This document shows positions 9,496 through 18,497 of a DNA stretch of 64,000 nucleotides, piece after piece. The notes under the pieces are model-generated. The model was not told where the DNA came from, searched no databases, and was given only the letters and a program-made list of their open reading frames with translations. Positions within the stretch are counted from its first letter, which is position 1. Each line of letters begins with the position of its first letter. The stretch lies in IMG/VR virus record IMGVR_UViG_3300037067_000914. One strand, given 5' to 3'. The position numbers and the translations under genes were made by a program. This DNA is from an uncultured virus (IMG/VR IMGVR_UViG_3300037067_000914). Its lineage: Duplodnaviria > Heunggongvirae > Uroviricota > Caudoviricetes.

Positions 9496-10184
9496 TGCAG
9501 GTACGAATTATTAGGGAACGTGGAGAACACAAACCATTTGTGACAGACCTCGAAGAGAATAAGGACATACTTAACGCCAGGATCAGCGACGCGCTCACCA
9601 GAGTATGTACTTGTACCGACTGTTCGGACCCAGGACAGGTTAGTATCAAGGTGTATCGTGGTGGGGATGAGTTTGTGATTCCTGTATACCAAATCACTTA
9701 CTCAGATGGGTCCATGTATAATCTGGACTATGGCTACCTATCTGCAGAACAGGTTAAAAATAAGCACCTTAGAGAGGAGGAAGATGCCAAGGCATGGTCA
9801 GAGACACATCAAACTGTAGTAGACCTAGTTCCCAAGGTTGCTCCGCTCCAAGAAGCTGACCCAACGGGGCGCAACCCACACGAAGCTGGGGCGAAGTTAG
9901 ACGCGGGTAAAGCGCCTATTCTTTCAGGTGTGATCCAATACTTCCCTAGAGCTTTGCGAGAGGTGGCAAAGGTAAGTCAGTATGGTATGACTAAGTACAC
10001 ATGGAAAGGGTGGGAATCCGTGCCCAATGGGATCGTTAGATACGGAGATGCCCTAGGTCGTCACCTTGTTGACGAGATTATCGACGGCCCAATGGACCCA
10101 TCCACCAAGTTACGACATGCTGCACAAGTAGCATGGAACGCTTTGGCTAGACTAGAACTTATCATCCAAGAAGAGGAGACCTAA
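9495..10184 (+). CDS. dATP/dGTP diphosphohydrolase-like domain protein (DUF5664-like C-terminal half)
   Basis: GAKLDAGK...VSQYGMTKY...W...YGDALGRHL...DPSTKLRHAAQVAWNAL. Confidence 0.75.
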   Translation: MQVRIIRERGEHKPFVTDLEENKDILNARISDALTRVCTCTDCSDPGQVSIKVYRGGDEFVIPVYQITYSDGSMYNLDYGYLSAEQVKNKHLREEEDAKAWSETHQTVVDLVPKVAPLQEADPTGRNPHEAGAKLDAGKAPILSGVIQYFPRALREVAKVSQYGMTKYTWKGWESVPNGIVRYGDALGRHLVDEIIDGPMDPSTKLRHAAQVAWNALARLELIIQEEET

Positions 10185-10399
10185 TGAAACTAGTACGAAC
10201 AGCCGTAGAAGTTGAGATTGAGGACAAGATTTGTAAGGTACAGGGACATGTTGGGGCTGTACTCGGTGCTCCAAACGGACCCCCCACATTCATGTGCACT
10301 CGTTGTGGTAAGACCCTGGAGTTTGAGATGCCTCCTGCGGTGAGTGACCAGACTGGACCACGTACACCTAGTATGGGTTTAGTTACCCCAGGTGCCTAA
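10184..10399 (+). CDS. hypothetical protein
   Basis: TAATG coupling; C..QGH...CTRCG. Confidence 0.55.
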   Translation: MKLVRTAVEVEIEDKICKVQGHVGAVLGAPNGPPTFMCTRCGKTLEFEMPPAVSDQTGPRTPSMGLVTPGA

Positions 10400-10766
10400 G
10401 TTTCAAGAAGGAGAAAGAGTGCGAATAGGTAAGATGTTTGGTCCTAAAGCACCCTTCTCCCACAAACGAGCACGAGTAGCTTATATTATTGGAGAGTGTC
10501 AATACATACTCCACGGCGGCGGACCATTTGTATATACAGAAGACAATCTGTCAGCTGTCAACAACAGCCATTACTACAATGGACGACGCCCTGGGTATAT
10601 ACCTGTGAGACCAGAAGATGGAGGAAAAGGTGGACAACCAAGACTTTACACAAGAAGCAAAGGACACGAAGACACTTCAGATGCTGCTCCAGCAGAGGAA
10701 GGAGATTTACGAACAGGAGAAGGACCTGACGTCGAGGAAGGATCGACTGATCACAGCGCTTCGTGA
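10392..10766 (+). CDS. hypothetical protein (SH3/KOW-like start)
   Basis: KFQEGERVRI start; 3' part overlaps the next ORF. Confidence 0.4.
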   Translation: MPKFQEGERVRIGKMFGPKAPFSHKRARVAYIIGECQYILHGGGPFVYTEDNLSAVNNSHYYNGRRPGYIPVRPEDGGKGGQPRLYTRSKGHEDTSDAAPAEEGDLRTGEGPDVEEGSTDHSAS

Positions 10767-10983
10767 ATATATGGAAGCCAATAATTTTACTGGGGTTAAC
10801 GATGACAACTTTGGGTCTGTGATTAGAGTAGAGGGTTCCAGGTCAAAGCTGGACCAACAGAGACTAAAGTTGGAACTGATTAACAAAGGGGTTGATCCTA
10901 CAATAGTAGGTGAGGCATTCAACATGGCGTCCAGTTCCAGTGATTATGTCTCTTTAAAATACATGTACCCAGGAGAGAAATAG
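10618..10983 (+). CDS. hypothetical coiled-coil protein
   Basis: Helical N-terminus; natural protein composition. Confidence 0.6.
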   Translation: MEEKVDNQDFTQEAKDTKTLQMLLQQRKEIYEQEKDLTSRKDRLITALREYMEANNFTGVNDDNFGSVIRVEGSRSKLDQQRLKLELINKGVDPTIVGEAFNMASSSSDYVSLKYMYPGEK

Positions 10984-11141
10984 TGAGTGACACTAGGCGT
11001 ACGTTCAATGACGAGTACGAAAAGAAGGATATAACCCCTCTGATACCTTTTAGGTCAGGTGATAGAATAAATATCAGAGGACAGGAGTACATGGTGGTAA
11101 GTGTCAAAAAGAATAAGATGAGCGTACGTCTAGTGGATTAA

Positions 11142-11222
11142 GGTGAGGTAGGCTCGTAGAGGTCGAGGGCGGGCTGTAAACCCGTTGTCATTGCCACGGT
11201 GGTGCGACTCCACCCCTCACCA
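11142..11222 (+). tRNA. tRNA-Tyr(GTA)
   Basis: Acceptor GGTGAGG/CCTCACC; anticodon arm GCGGG-CTGTAAA-CCCGT; T-arm GGTGG-TGCGACT-CCACC. Confidence 0.8.
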
Positions 11223-11226
11223 CAAT

Positions 11227-11308
11227 GCCCTCGTGGTGGAACAGTTTACACGACAGACTTAAAATCTGTTGGCGAATAGCCTTGTAGGTGCGAATCCTAC
11301 CGAGGGCA
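11227..11308 (+). tRNA. tRNA-Leu(TAA)
   Basis: Acceptor GCCCTCG/CGAGGGC; ACAGA-CTTAAAA-TCTGT; long variable arm. Confidence 0.9.
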
Positions 11309-11313
11309 CACAC

Positions 11314-11395
11314 GCCGGGATGGTGAAATTGGCAGACACATACGGCCTAGGACCGTATGCCGTAAGGCATGGGAGTTCAACTCTCCCTCCCGGTA
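11314..11395 (+). tRNA. tRNA-Leu(TAG)
   Basis: Acceptor GCCGGGA/TCCCGGT; TACGG-CCTAGGA-CCGTA; variable arm TGCC-GTAA-GGCA. Confidence 0.9.
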
Positions 11396-11403
11396 CTATT
11401 AAT

Positions 11404-11474
11404 TGGCCCGTCATCCAATGGTAGGATCAAGGGCTTTGGACCCTTGTATATAGGTTCGAATCCTATCGGGCCAG
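11404..11474 (+). tRNA. tRNA-Gln(TTG)
   Basis: Acceptor TGGCCCG/CGGGCCA; AAGGG-CTTTGGA-CCCTT; T-loop TTCGAAT. Confidence 0.9.
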
Positions 11475-11488
11475 CTAATTAAGGAGAC

Positions 11489-11671
11489 TTGTTTATGAAC
11501 ATCTTTAAAGAATTGGTGGATCGTTTTTGTGGGTGTGCGACAGAATACCATGATTGTAAGCATAAGTCTACATGCCCATACTACGAAGGTGGTTCGTGCT
11601 TTGCCTACGACATGAATGTGTTTTGTAAACAATATTATACACGTTCGAATCGTGTCGGGTCAGCACAATAG
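11489..11671 (+). CDS. small Cys-rich hypothetical protein within the tRNA cluster
   Basis: RBS AAGGAG; fills the gap between tRNAs. Confidence 0.45.
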   Translation: MFMNIFKELVDRFCGCATEYHDCKHKSTCPYYEGGSCFAYDMNVFCKQYYTRSNRVGSAQ

Positions 11672-11743
11672 CTAGGGTAGCTCAGACGGAAGAGCAGCTG
11701 ACTTGTAATCAGCAGGTCGTGGGTTCGATTCCCACTCCTAGCT
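11671..11743 (+). tRNA. tRNA-Thr(TGT)
   Basis: Acceptor GCTAGGG/TCCTAGC; GCTGA-CTTGTAA-TCAGC; canonical T-arm. Confidence 0.92.
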
Positions 11744-11914
11744 CTAGGAGGATACTATGATACAAAACGACGGAGCAGGACAACTCGACAAGGCTGCAAC
11801 GGAAATAGATAGATTGTTAAAGGCCCTCCAAGAAGTGCACCAGTTAGTGCATCAAGTAGGGCCTTACGAAAGAATAGTACACAAAATAAAGATCGTCGTA
11901 GATAAAGCATTAAC

Positions 11915-11987
11915 CAGAGTATAGCTCAGTTGGTAGAGCGCGTGCCTTGGGCGCACGGGGCCGTAGGTTCGAACCCTACTACTCTGA
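11915..11987 (+). tRNA. tRNA-Pro(TGG)
   Basis: Acceptor CAGAGTA/TACTCTG; CGTGC-CTTGGGC-GCACG; canonical D and T loops. Confidence 0.92.
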
Positions 11988-14900
11988 CTAGTAGTTGTAT
12001 TGCATCAGTTCAGGATTCATTCTCCTAAGTCTCTCGTTTCTAATCCTAGATAGTTTAGCCTTCTTAGCCCTAGTCCTGCGCATGTTCACTACATACGTGC
12101 GGTACTCAGCAGGAGATATCTTAAAGTTAGCTAGGATATCAAACAGCCTGGCCCTCTGTGCCTTGGACAACGACGGGTCTTTTAGCCTATTGATAGTGTA
12201 CCCTACATAGCTATCCACATCTATTAGTAAGGAGTTAAACTCCTCCTGCATGGACGCTGGCATATTCTTATCTGCCATTGCCCTTTCAACTTCTCGGTTG
12301 TAGTAGAGTAGGGTCTTTCTAGGATCACCCTCGCGTTCCAGATACCTGAACTGTTCCTCTCTCTTCTCTCTCATGTCGAACAGGTTTCTAACCCATTCCA
12401 TTTCCTTACGATCCTTCTCTGAGGTAACAGACCTCACACCCGCTGCGGCCTCTAGAAAGGACACCATGTTATTGAGTTTTCTCTGTTTAGCCTGTGTAAA
12501 CACACTCCACGAGATAGGCTTAAGTTCATCCCCAGCGTGCTGAGAATACTTAGCTAGCTTAACTAAGAATGGATCGGTAAGATGATATACCTTATCACCC
12601 TTCCAGTCAATAACCGAACGGCCCTCAGAGATGTCAATGAAGTCTCTGGTAAAGGCCACAACCCCAGAGTGCATGTTGCCTAGACGCTTGAACACCACTG
12701 CTGGAATCCTGTGTGGTCTACCAAAGAACACCTGACTATATATTTCCCAGTAATCCTTGTCGAATGTAAGAAGGTCGATCATAATAGTACGACCTTTGTA
12801 GTCCTTCTCGCCTGTGTCAATCTTAAAAGAGTCTCTAAGTTCGTCCTCATCCTCTGGGAACTTAGGCCACTTCTTGGTAAATACGGCAGTTCCTACAGCC
12901 GCTAGTACTGCGGAGATAGCGAACGAGTTCAGAACAGCCCAACGCGCCCTAGCGCCTTGTCCTTCTGCGTCTCCCCACTTACTCATGGACGCGTAGATCG
13001 TCTGCATGTTACCTTCAGCGAATCCTGGGGCGAAGAATGGGAAGCGTAGCAGAGAGGTCATAGTGCCTGTTCTACCGTAAATCTTCTCGTTGACTTCACC
13101 CTCAAGGAACATTCCCTGCTTGACAATCTCAAGTTTCTGAGCGGAGGTTAGAGGTGTTCCAAGCTTGGCAGACACTCTGGTCACTTCGGTAATGGCTCTA
13201 GCCGCCTGCAGTGTGGGAATGTAGTACTCGAATAACCACGAGTTAAACCTACGCCCAGCTGCTATATCTAGTACAGTCTTAAGCCCATTAGGGGCCTTAC
13301 GATATAGAGCTTCAAAACCCAACTTGCGTAGGACGCCCTCGAAATGGCCGAAGGCTTCGCGCTCCATAGTGGAAGAAGACACCCTACCAATGGGGGTAAG
13401 CCCGTGACGTAGCAAGTCTTCATAGATCGCCTTAGCCTCTGGGTCCTGATAGAACATGTCGCGGAGCTTGTGGCCAGAGAACAAGAAGTCCTTGAGACCG
13501 AACTTATACCCCGTCTTAGTCATCTTAGTAGCCCACGCTTCTGGGTTTAGGAACCCCATGAATCCGCCAGCATCAGCTATAACCTGTTTAGTAACCGTGC
13601 CATAGTGGAACGTGGACATAGAGAACTTGACCCACCTCATCGTGGTGGCTATCTTGCGCACCTGGTTAGCTGCAGATGTATGGGTTACTTGGTTAATCGT
13701 AAGGTTGTTATTGATAACCCTAGCCATGGTCGGTTCAGCGAAGTACTCACCGTTCCAAACAGGGTCAGTAACCTTGCCGATCATTTCCCAACCAGTAGGA
13801 GGTTCGATCTGATCTCCTAGTGTATACTCAGACGCCGTTTCCTTATACGCTAAGTTAAAGGCTTTAGCTCTCTTACGAGCTTCCTTAAGTTCTACCTGTA
13901 ACTGCTTAACAACTACTTTACCTTCTCGTGTAATACGGGTGACTTCCTGCTCAATGAGCATTTTCCTACCTGCGATACCTCTACCCCTAACAACCCTGCG
14001 GTACTTCTTACCATTCTTGCCCACTACCCACACTGTACGCTTAGGCGAAATATCCACCAGTTCCTTAGTCGTGCGTACAATGCGATCCTTGACCTCTTGT
14101 CTAGCAGCCTTTATTCGCTTAACAATCTCACGGGCTTCGTCTTTAGCTTTACCAAAGGTAGACTCTTTCTGCATAGCCTTTATGAAATCTAACGCTTCTG
14201 TCTTGTCGGCAAAGAATTTAAACTGACCCTTAACGAATGGACGACCTAGTCTCGCAGCAGCTTCAGGGCTTGGCATGAGTTTATCTACCCACCAGCCCCT
14301 GCGAACAATGAACTTAGACCCACTCTTATCGTTGTTAGTCTTCATCAAGTAGTCACGTAACTCTGCTTGTGCTATCATGTTACTAATAGCAGCGGTCTCA
14401 TCCAACAGGTTACGGAAGACATTGGGTTCCTTAAGCCTATTACCAGCCGCGATAGCGTCAGCATAACTCTTATATCTGGCCCGTTCAAAGAAGGAGTCAG
14501 AGGTTACATACACGTCATTGGACACGCCCAGGAACTTCCGTAGCTGCTCCCCCACAGATTGCGCGCGTTCGTAACGCCCATAGAATAGCTTAGTGGACGC
14601 CTTGGTAGGTTCCTTCTCAATAAGAGTCTCTAAGTACTGCATTAACCTGAAGTTATAGTTATATAGTTCCTTGGCTCCAGCTAATACGTTACCATCTAGA
14701 AGCTCAGGATGTTTAGCCTCAAGCATGGCTCTATACATATTCTGAGAAATCTGCCCAAAATCACTTTCTGGAGTACCACTGATAACAGCTATGATAGCGT
14801 CATTAGTTTCCCTATCATACTGTGATAGATAAGCCACCATATCACCCACGGACTTATCTATGGACTCCAACTTCTTGTTAAAGAACTCAGCTCTGCCAGC

Positions 14901-17900
14901 TTCCCCAGCCATGGCAGACATGACGATTCTAGCACTGACATCCTTACCCCACTTCCATCGTAGAGGAGATTCAGGGTATAAGCCATTGGCTAATGGAGCA
15001 ACCTTACGACGTAGTCGATCAAGCAAACGCTTAGAAAAACTCCTACCCTCAGGAGTACCTGCGATTCTCTCTTCAGAGACGCGAATTTTCTTAGACATTT
15101 CTTTGTAACGATTCGTAGTCTCAACAGCAATTGCATCCCTAGCTTTGGACATCTCGTCTAGATTCATGTCAGACAACTTACTCTTGCCAGTAGCCTTCTC
15201 ATATATCGCCTTGGCATCTTCCTCTGACATGTTGACGTTCCTAGACCAGCGGATGATACGCCCTTGCATCTGTGCTCTTAGTTCAGTCTCCTGTTCCTCC
15301 TTGGTCATGTCCTCGAACATCTTCTTGTCAGCTTTTTTAGGAGCTGGGGGCTTCTCACCGCCAAGCTCCGGCGCTACCATGTAAGTACCTGTTTTATTTC
15401 TACTTACATCATAGTATCCAGGCTTCCGCATGTTGTAAGAAATGTCGTTGATCCAGTCATCAAATGTCCATTCCTTACCTAGAAGATTCTTAACACCAGT
15501 CTTAACCTCATGCCACACCTTATTAAGGGTGTACATCAACTGATTCTTAGCACCCTCATGTAATTGTTTGCCCCTGTCTCCGATGGCGTGAGCAAGCATC
15601 TCTTCCTGAATACTCTCGTTGACAACCTTCTTGTACTCAGTGCTTAACTTACTATAGTCTTCACCAAAGATACTGTTAGCGAATACATCTACAATCTTCT
15701 TATCACCCTTGGAAAACTTATCTACTACTTCCTTAGCGTAAGCCGTATTAGTGACTAACTTAGTAAGTTGCTCGTAACCGGGAGCCTTGCTAACCCGCAT
15801 CCAACGCAGCACAGCATGTCCAAATTCGTGAGGTACAGTAGTCCTAGTTGCAATATCCTTGTTAAGAATAATGGCGTTATCTGCACTGGAATATAGACCT
15901 CTGATACTCTTACCAGCCGCCTGAGCAGCTTGGAACTTATCCGGGTCAGCTATCTTAAAGTATTCTTGCATCTCCTGATCACCTACAAACTCAACGCGTA
16001 CTCCCTTGACGGCTTTACCAATAACATTAGCCATGTCAGTCAGGTAAGCTTCTGTTTCCTCAGGAGCTGGGCGTTCAGAGATGGTTGTTGAAATGCTTGT
16101 GTCGGGTTTATCCAAAGAAACTTTGCGAACTCCCTCAATGATCTCGTAGTCATCTGGATTTCTTACCAGTTCATAAACTGGCAATCCATTACTCTTACTA
16201 ACAACGTTCTCTAAAATCTTTTTAGGAGATTGTTCTCCAAGCTCAGTAAACTTATCATATTCCTGGTTAAGCACACGAACTTTTCGTACTAAGTCACGTG
16301 CCTCCCTTGGCACGTCTTTATCTAAAGAAGCAAACACATTTTCAGATTTGATTCCATACTTATCTTCTAATTTGGTTAAGACGGATTCAATTTCATTGGT
16401 TATCGCATCTTCGCCTCTTATAGTAGTAAATTGAGAACTATCAACAATAATGGCCTTTGGTTTAGTTCTCTGTGTTGAAAAACCACGCCCTGGTTCATAG
16501 GGAACATCTTGTGTATCCATGTTATCAAAGACAAATACAACAGGGTATTCTAGAGCCTGGCCATCCGAAGTAGACACGCTGCTACGAGGATTAAGACCAT
16601 TAGAAACGATTCCATTAATATTTTCAATGTCGGTACCGTGGAATTTATACCCACTACCAAATACACTCGAAAGTGGCCTTAACTTCTTGGTATCTTCTGT
16701 GGCAAATTCGGTACTAACCTCTGGTTCAATGGTCCTAGACGTGACTTCTATTTTACTAGCGTCATCCCAATTACGCTTTGCTCTTTCTAAAGCGTGATTC
16801 TCATTCATGCCTTTGATTACATCCTCGTGTACAGTACCATCATCCCATGTAACCTTAACACCAATGGAGTATGGAAACTTAGTTTCTTCGAACCCCTTTT
16901 GTTGGTTCTCAGGTTTAGCGAATCCCATTAACGAGTCTGGAACCTTTTCATACCCAGTTTTTATTATCGCTCGTTTCTTATCCAACATCTCCTTAGCTTT
17001 ATGTGGCATATCCCAACGCATGAAGTGACGTTGTAGACTATCTAGTACCTCGTACTCCCCAGCACCCTCTTCAACAGCCAGAGTAGAACCAGTCAATGGT
17101 TCTGTGAAAAGCGTGGCAGGGGGAGCATCAGAATAGGATGGTTGGGCACCGCCAAAGTGCATACCCATGCGCTCCACGATCTCGCGCGTGGTTTCCTTAG
17201 CCTTCTTACCACCATCGGCCTTGTCTTGTACGCTACTAAGCGCTCCAGAGATTACTTTAGTCGCATGGGCAACAGTATCAGTTGTCTCGTCAAAGTCTCC
17301 TGTGATTTCTCTGTACCCAGGAGGAACAAGTACAACCCCACCTTTAGACTGTTCGTACTCCTTCGACTCTATTACAAACGCATTGTAATTATCAATAGCC
17401 TTCTGTCTACCACCCTTAGCCTTCTTATACTCTTTCTCAGTCATATACGCATCCCGGAGGGGGCCAGTTACCTCATTTTGGATTTGTTGTAGCTGGTCCC
17501 CCGTCACGGGACGCGAATCTGTTACATCAGGTATCGTATCTTTTAACTCATTGGCACGCTTCTTAGCGTTCAGTATCTTACCACGCATTACCGTACCGCC
17601 CATACCGGACAGCCCAAACAGGACAGAGGTGCCCGCCGTGGTAAGCATGGTCTCACCTAGAACCTCGTCGATAGGAGTCTCCTGCTCCATACCAGCGTGT
17701 TCTCTCAATGCGTAGTTAGCGTAGGACTGAATCATTTCGGTGGGGACTTCCTCGCCCACGGTAGCAAGATACCTAGGTATGTAAGCCTTAAGGAAGTTCT
17801 GTACACCAGGCTTGTCGAGTAGAGCTTTTTCAGTAGTTTGTAGGGTACGCCCAAACGCGGTCTTAGCAGGAGCAGCAACCCCACCCTTTGGCAGGCGTAG

Positions 17901-18497
17901 GAACAACTTATCGAAGATCAGGTCAGATGCCAGTTCCATGCCGGACTCAACTACCGCGGATAGGATGGCGTCGTCCCTTACATCATCTTCTTGTAGACCA
18001 GCGTCCTTGGCTTCCTTCATGAAGTCATAGTACTCGGACAGCCCAAACATTGGAACAGTACTGTACATACCGACACGACCACCGGCCCACATACCCCAGA
18101 CAGCGCCAGCAGGACCACCTAGCGCACCACCAGCAGCGGCACCTAGGATCATGCCAGCGCCACTAGTCGTGAAGTTACTAATGGAGTCTACAACAAACTT
18201 ACGTAACTTGGAGGTAGCGTATTCCTTGGATGGGTCGTCCCAGGCCACAGAATTCCGGTACCTGGACAGTCTTTCCATGGCGGAGGCGGCCCCAAAATCG
18301 TGACCCAGTGCTCCCCCCAGCACGTTAAGTGACTTCAACGCCATCTCTGCAACGTTCAGACCACCCTGTGCTACAGCGTGGCCCATGTCGTCAAAGAGAC
18401 CACGGGAAGGGGTAAAGGTTATGTTAGCGTTGTAACCTAGACGATCCAATCCAGTATTGGTATCTACGCCAGAGACGCGGTCTAGTCCATAGGACAT
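11988..18497 (-). CDS. large internal virion/DNA ejection protein, polyvalent type (zincin HExxH and ART-like segment)
   Basis: 2169 aa; last gene of the virion operon. Gly/Ala-rich hydrophobic N-terminal segment, VPHEFGH, and FHGT...GL...VSTS. Confidence 0.7.
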   Translation of the reverse strand: MSYGLDRVSGVDTNTGLDRLGYNANITFTPSRGLFDDMGHAVAQGGLNVAEMALKSLNVLGGALGHDFGAASAMERLSRYRNSVAWDDPSKEYATSKLRKFVVDSISNFTTSGAGMILGAAAGGALGGPAGAVWGMWAGGRVGMYSTVPMFGLSEYYDFMKEAKDAGLQEDDVRDDAILSAVVESGMELASDLIFDKLFLRLPKGGVAAPAKTAFGRTLQTTEKALLDKPGVQNFLKAYIPRYLATVGEEVPTEMIQSYANYALREHAGMEQETPIDEVLGETMLTTAGTSVLFGLSGMGGTVMRGKILNAKKRANELKDTIPDVTDSRPVTGDQLQQIQNEVTGPLRDAYMTEKEYKKAKGGRQKAIDNYNAFVIESKEYEQSKGGVVLVPPGYREITGDFDETTDTVAHATKVISGALSSVQDKADGGKKAKETTREIVERMGMHFGGAQPSYSDAPPATLFTEPLTGSTLAVEEGAGEYEVLDSLQRHFMRWDMPHKAKEMLDKKRAIIKTGYEKVPDSLMGFAKPENQQKGFEETKFPYSIGVKVTWDDGTVHEDVIKGMNENHALERAKRNWDDASKIEVTSRTIEPEVSTEFATEDTKKLRPLSSVFGSGYKFHGTDIENINGIVSNGLNPRSSVSTSDGQALEYPVVFVFDNMDTQDVPYEPGRGFSTQRTKPKAIIVDSSQFTTIRGEDAITNEIESVLTKLEDKYGIKSENVFASLDKDVPREARDLVRKVRVLNQEYDKFTELGEQSPKKILENVVSKSNGLPVYELVRNPDDYEIIEGVRKVSLDKPDTSISTTISERPAPEETEAYLTDMANVIGKAVKGVRVEFVGDQEMQEYFKIADPDKFQAAQAAGKSIRGLYSSADNAIILNKDIATRTTVPHEFGHAVLRWMRVSKAPGYEQLTKLVTNTAYAKEVVDKFSKGDKKIVDVFANSIFGEDYSKLSTEYKKVVNESIQEEMLAHAIGDRGKQLHEGAKNQLMYTLNKVWHEVKTGVKNLLGKEWTFDDWINDISYNMRKPGYYDVSRNKTGTYMVAPELGGEKPPAPKKADKKMFEDMTKEEQETELRAQMQGRIIRWSRNVNMSEEDAKAIYEKATGKSKLSDMNLDEMSKARDAIAVETTNRYKEMSKKIRVSEERIAGTPEGRSFSKRLLDRLRRKVAPLANGLYPESPLRWKWGKDVSARIVMSAMAGEAGRAEFFNKKLESIDKSVGDMVAYLSQYDRETNDAIIAVISGTPESDFGQISQNMYRAMLEAKHPELLDGNVLAGAKELYNYNFRLMQYLETLIEKEPTKASTKLFYGRYERAQSVGEQLRKFLGVSNDVYVTSDSFFERARYKSYADAIAAGNRLKEPNVFRNLLDETAAISNMIAQAELRDYLMKTNNDKSGSKFIVRRGWWVDKLMPSPEAAARLGRPFVKGQFKFFADKTEALDFIKAMQKESTFGKAKDEAREIVKRIKAARQEVKDRIVRTTKELVDISPKRTVWVVGKNGKKYRRVVRGRGIAGRKMLIEQEVTRITREGKVVVKQLQVELKEARKRAKAFNLAYKETASEYTLGDQIEPPTGWEMIGKVTDPVWNGEYFAEPTMARVINNNLTINQVTHTSAANQVRKIATTMRWVKFSMSTFHYGTVTKQVIADAGGFMGFLNPEAWATKMTKTGYKFGLKDFLFSGHKLRDMFYQDPEAKAIYEDLLRHGLTPIGRVSSSTMEREAFGHFEGVLRKLGFEALYRKAPNGLKTVLDIAAGRRFNSWLFEYYIPTLQAARAITEVTRVSAKLGTPLTSAQKLEIVKQGMFLEGEVNEKIYGRTGTMTSLLRFPFFAPGFAEGNMQTIYASMSKWGDAEGQGARARWAVLNSFAISAVLAAVGTAVFTKKWPKFPEDEDELRDSFKIDTGEKDYKGRTIMIDLLTFDKDYWEIYSQVFFGRPHRIPAVVFKRLGNMHSGVVAFTRDFIDISEGRSVIDWKGDKVYHLTDPFLVKLAKYSQHAGDELKPISWSVFTQAKQRKLNNMVSFLEAAAGVRSVTSEKDRKEMEWVRNLFDMREKREEQFRYLEREGDPRKTLLYYNREVERAMADKNMPASMQEEFNSLLIDVDSYVGYTINRLKDPSLSKAQRARLFDILANFKISPAEYRTYVVNMRRTRAKKAKLSRIRNERLRRMNPELMQYNY

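Noticed and set aside
11314..11395. Stop-codon suppressor tRNAs or genetic code reassignment
   Set aside because: Anticodons TAG and TAA read CTA and TTA (Leu). Long genes are intact in the standard code, and TAG is used as a normal stop.
11915..11990. tRNA-Pro 3' end as an attachment site
   Set aside because: No integrase or duplicated tRNA end was found, and no host genes flank it.
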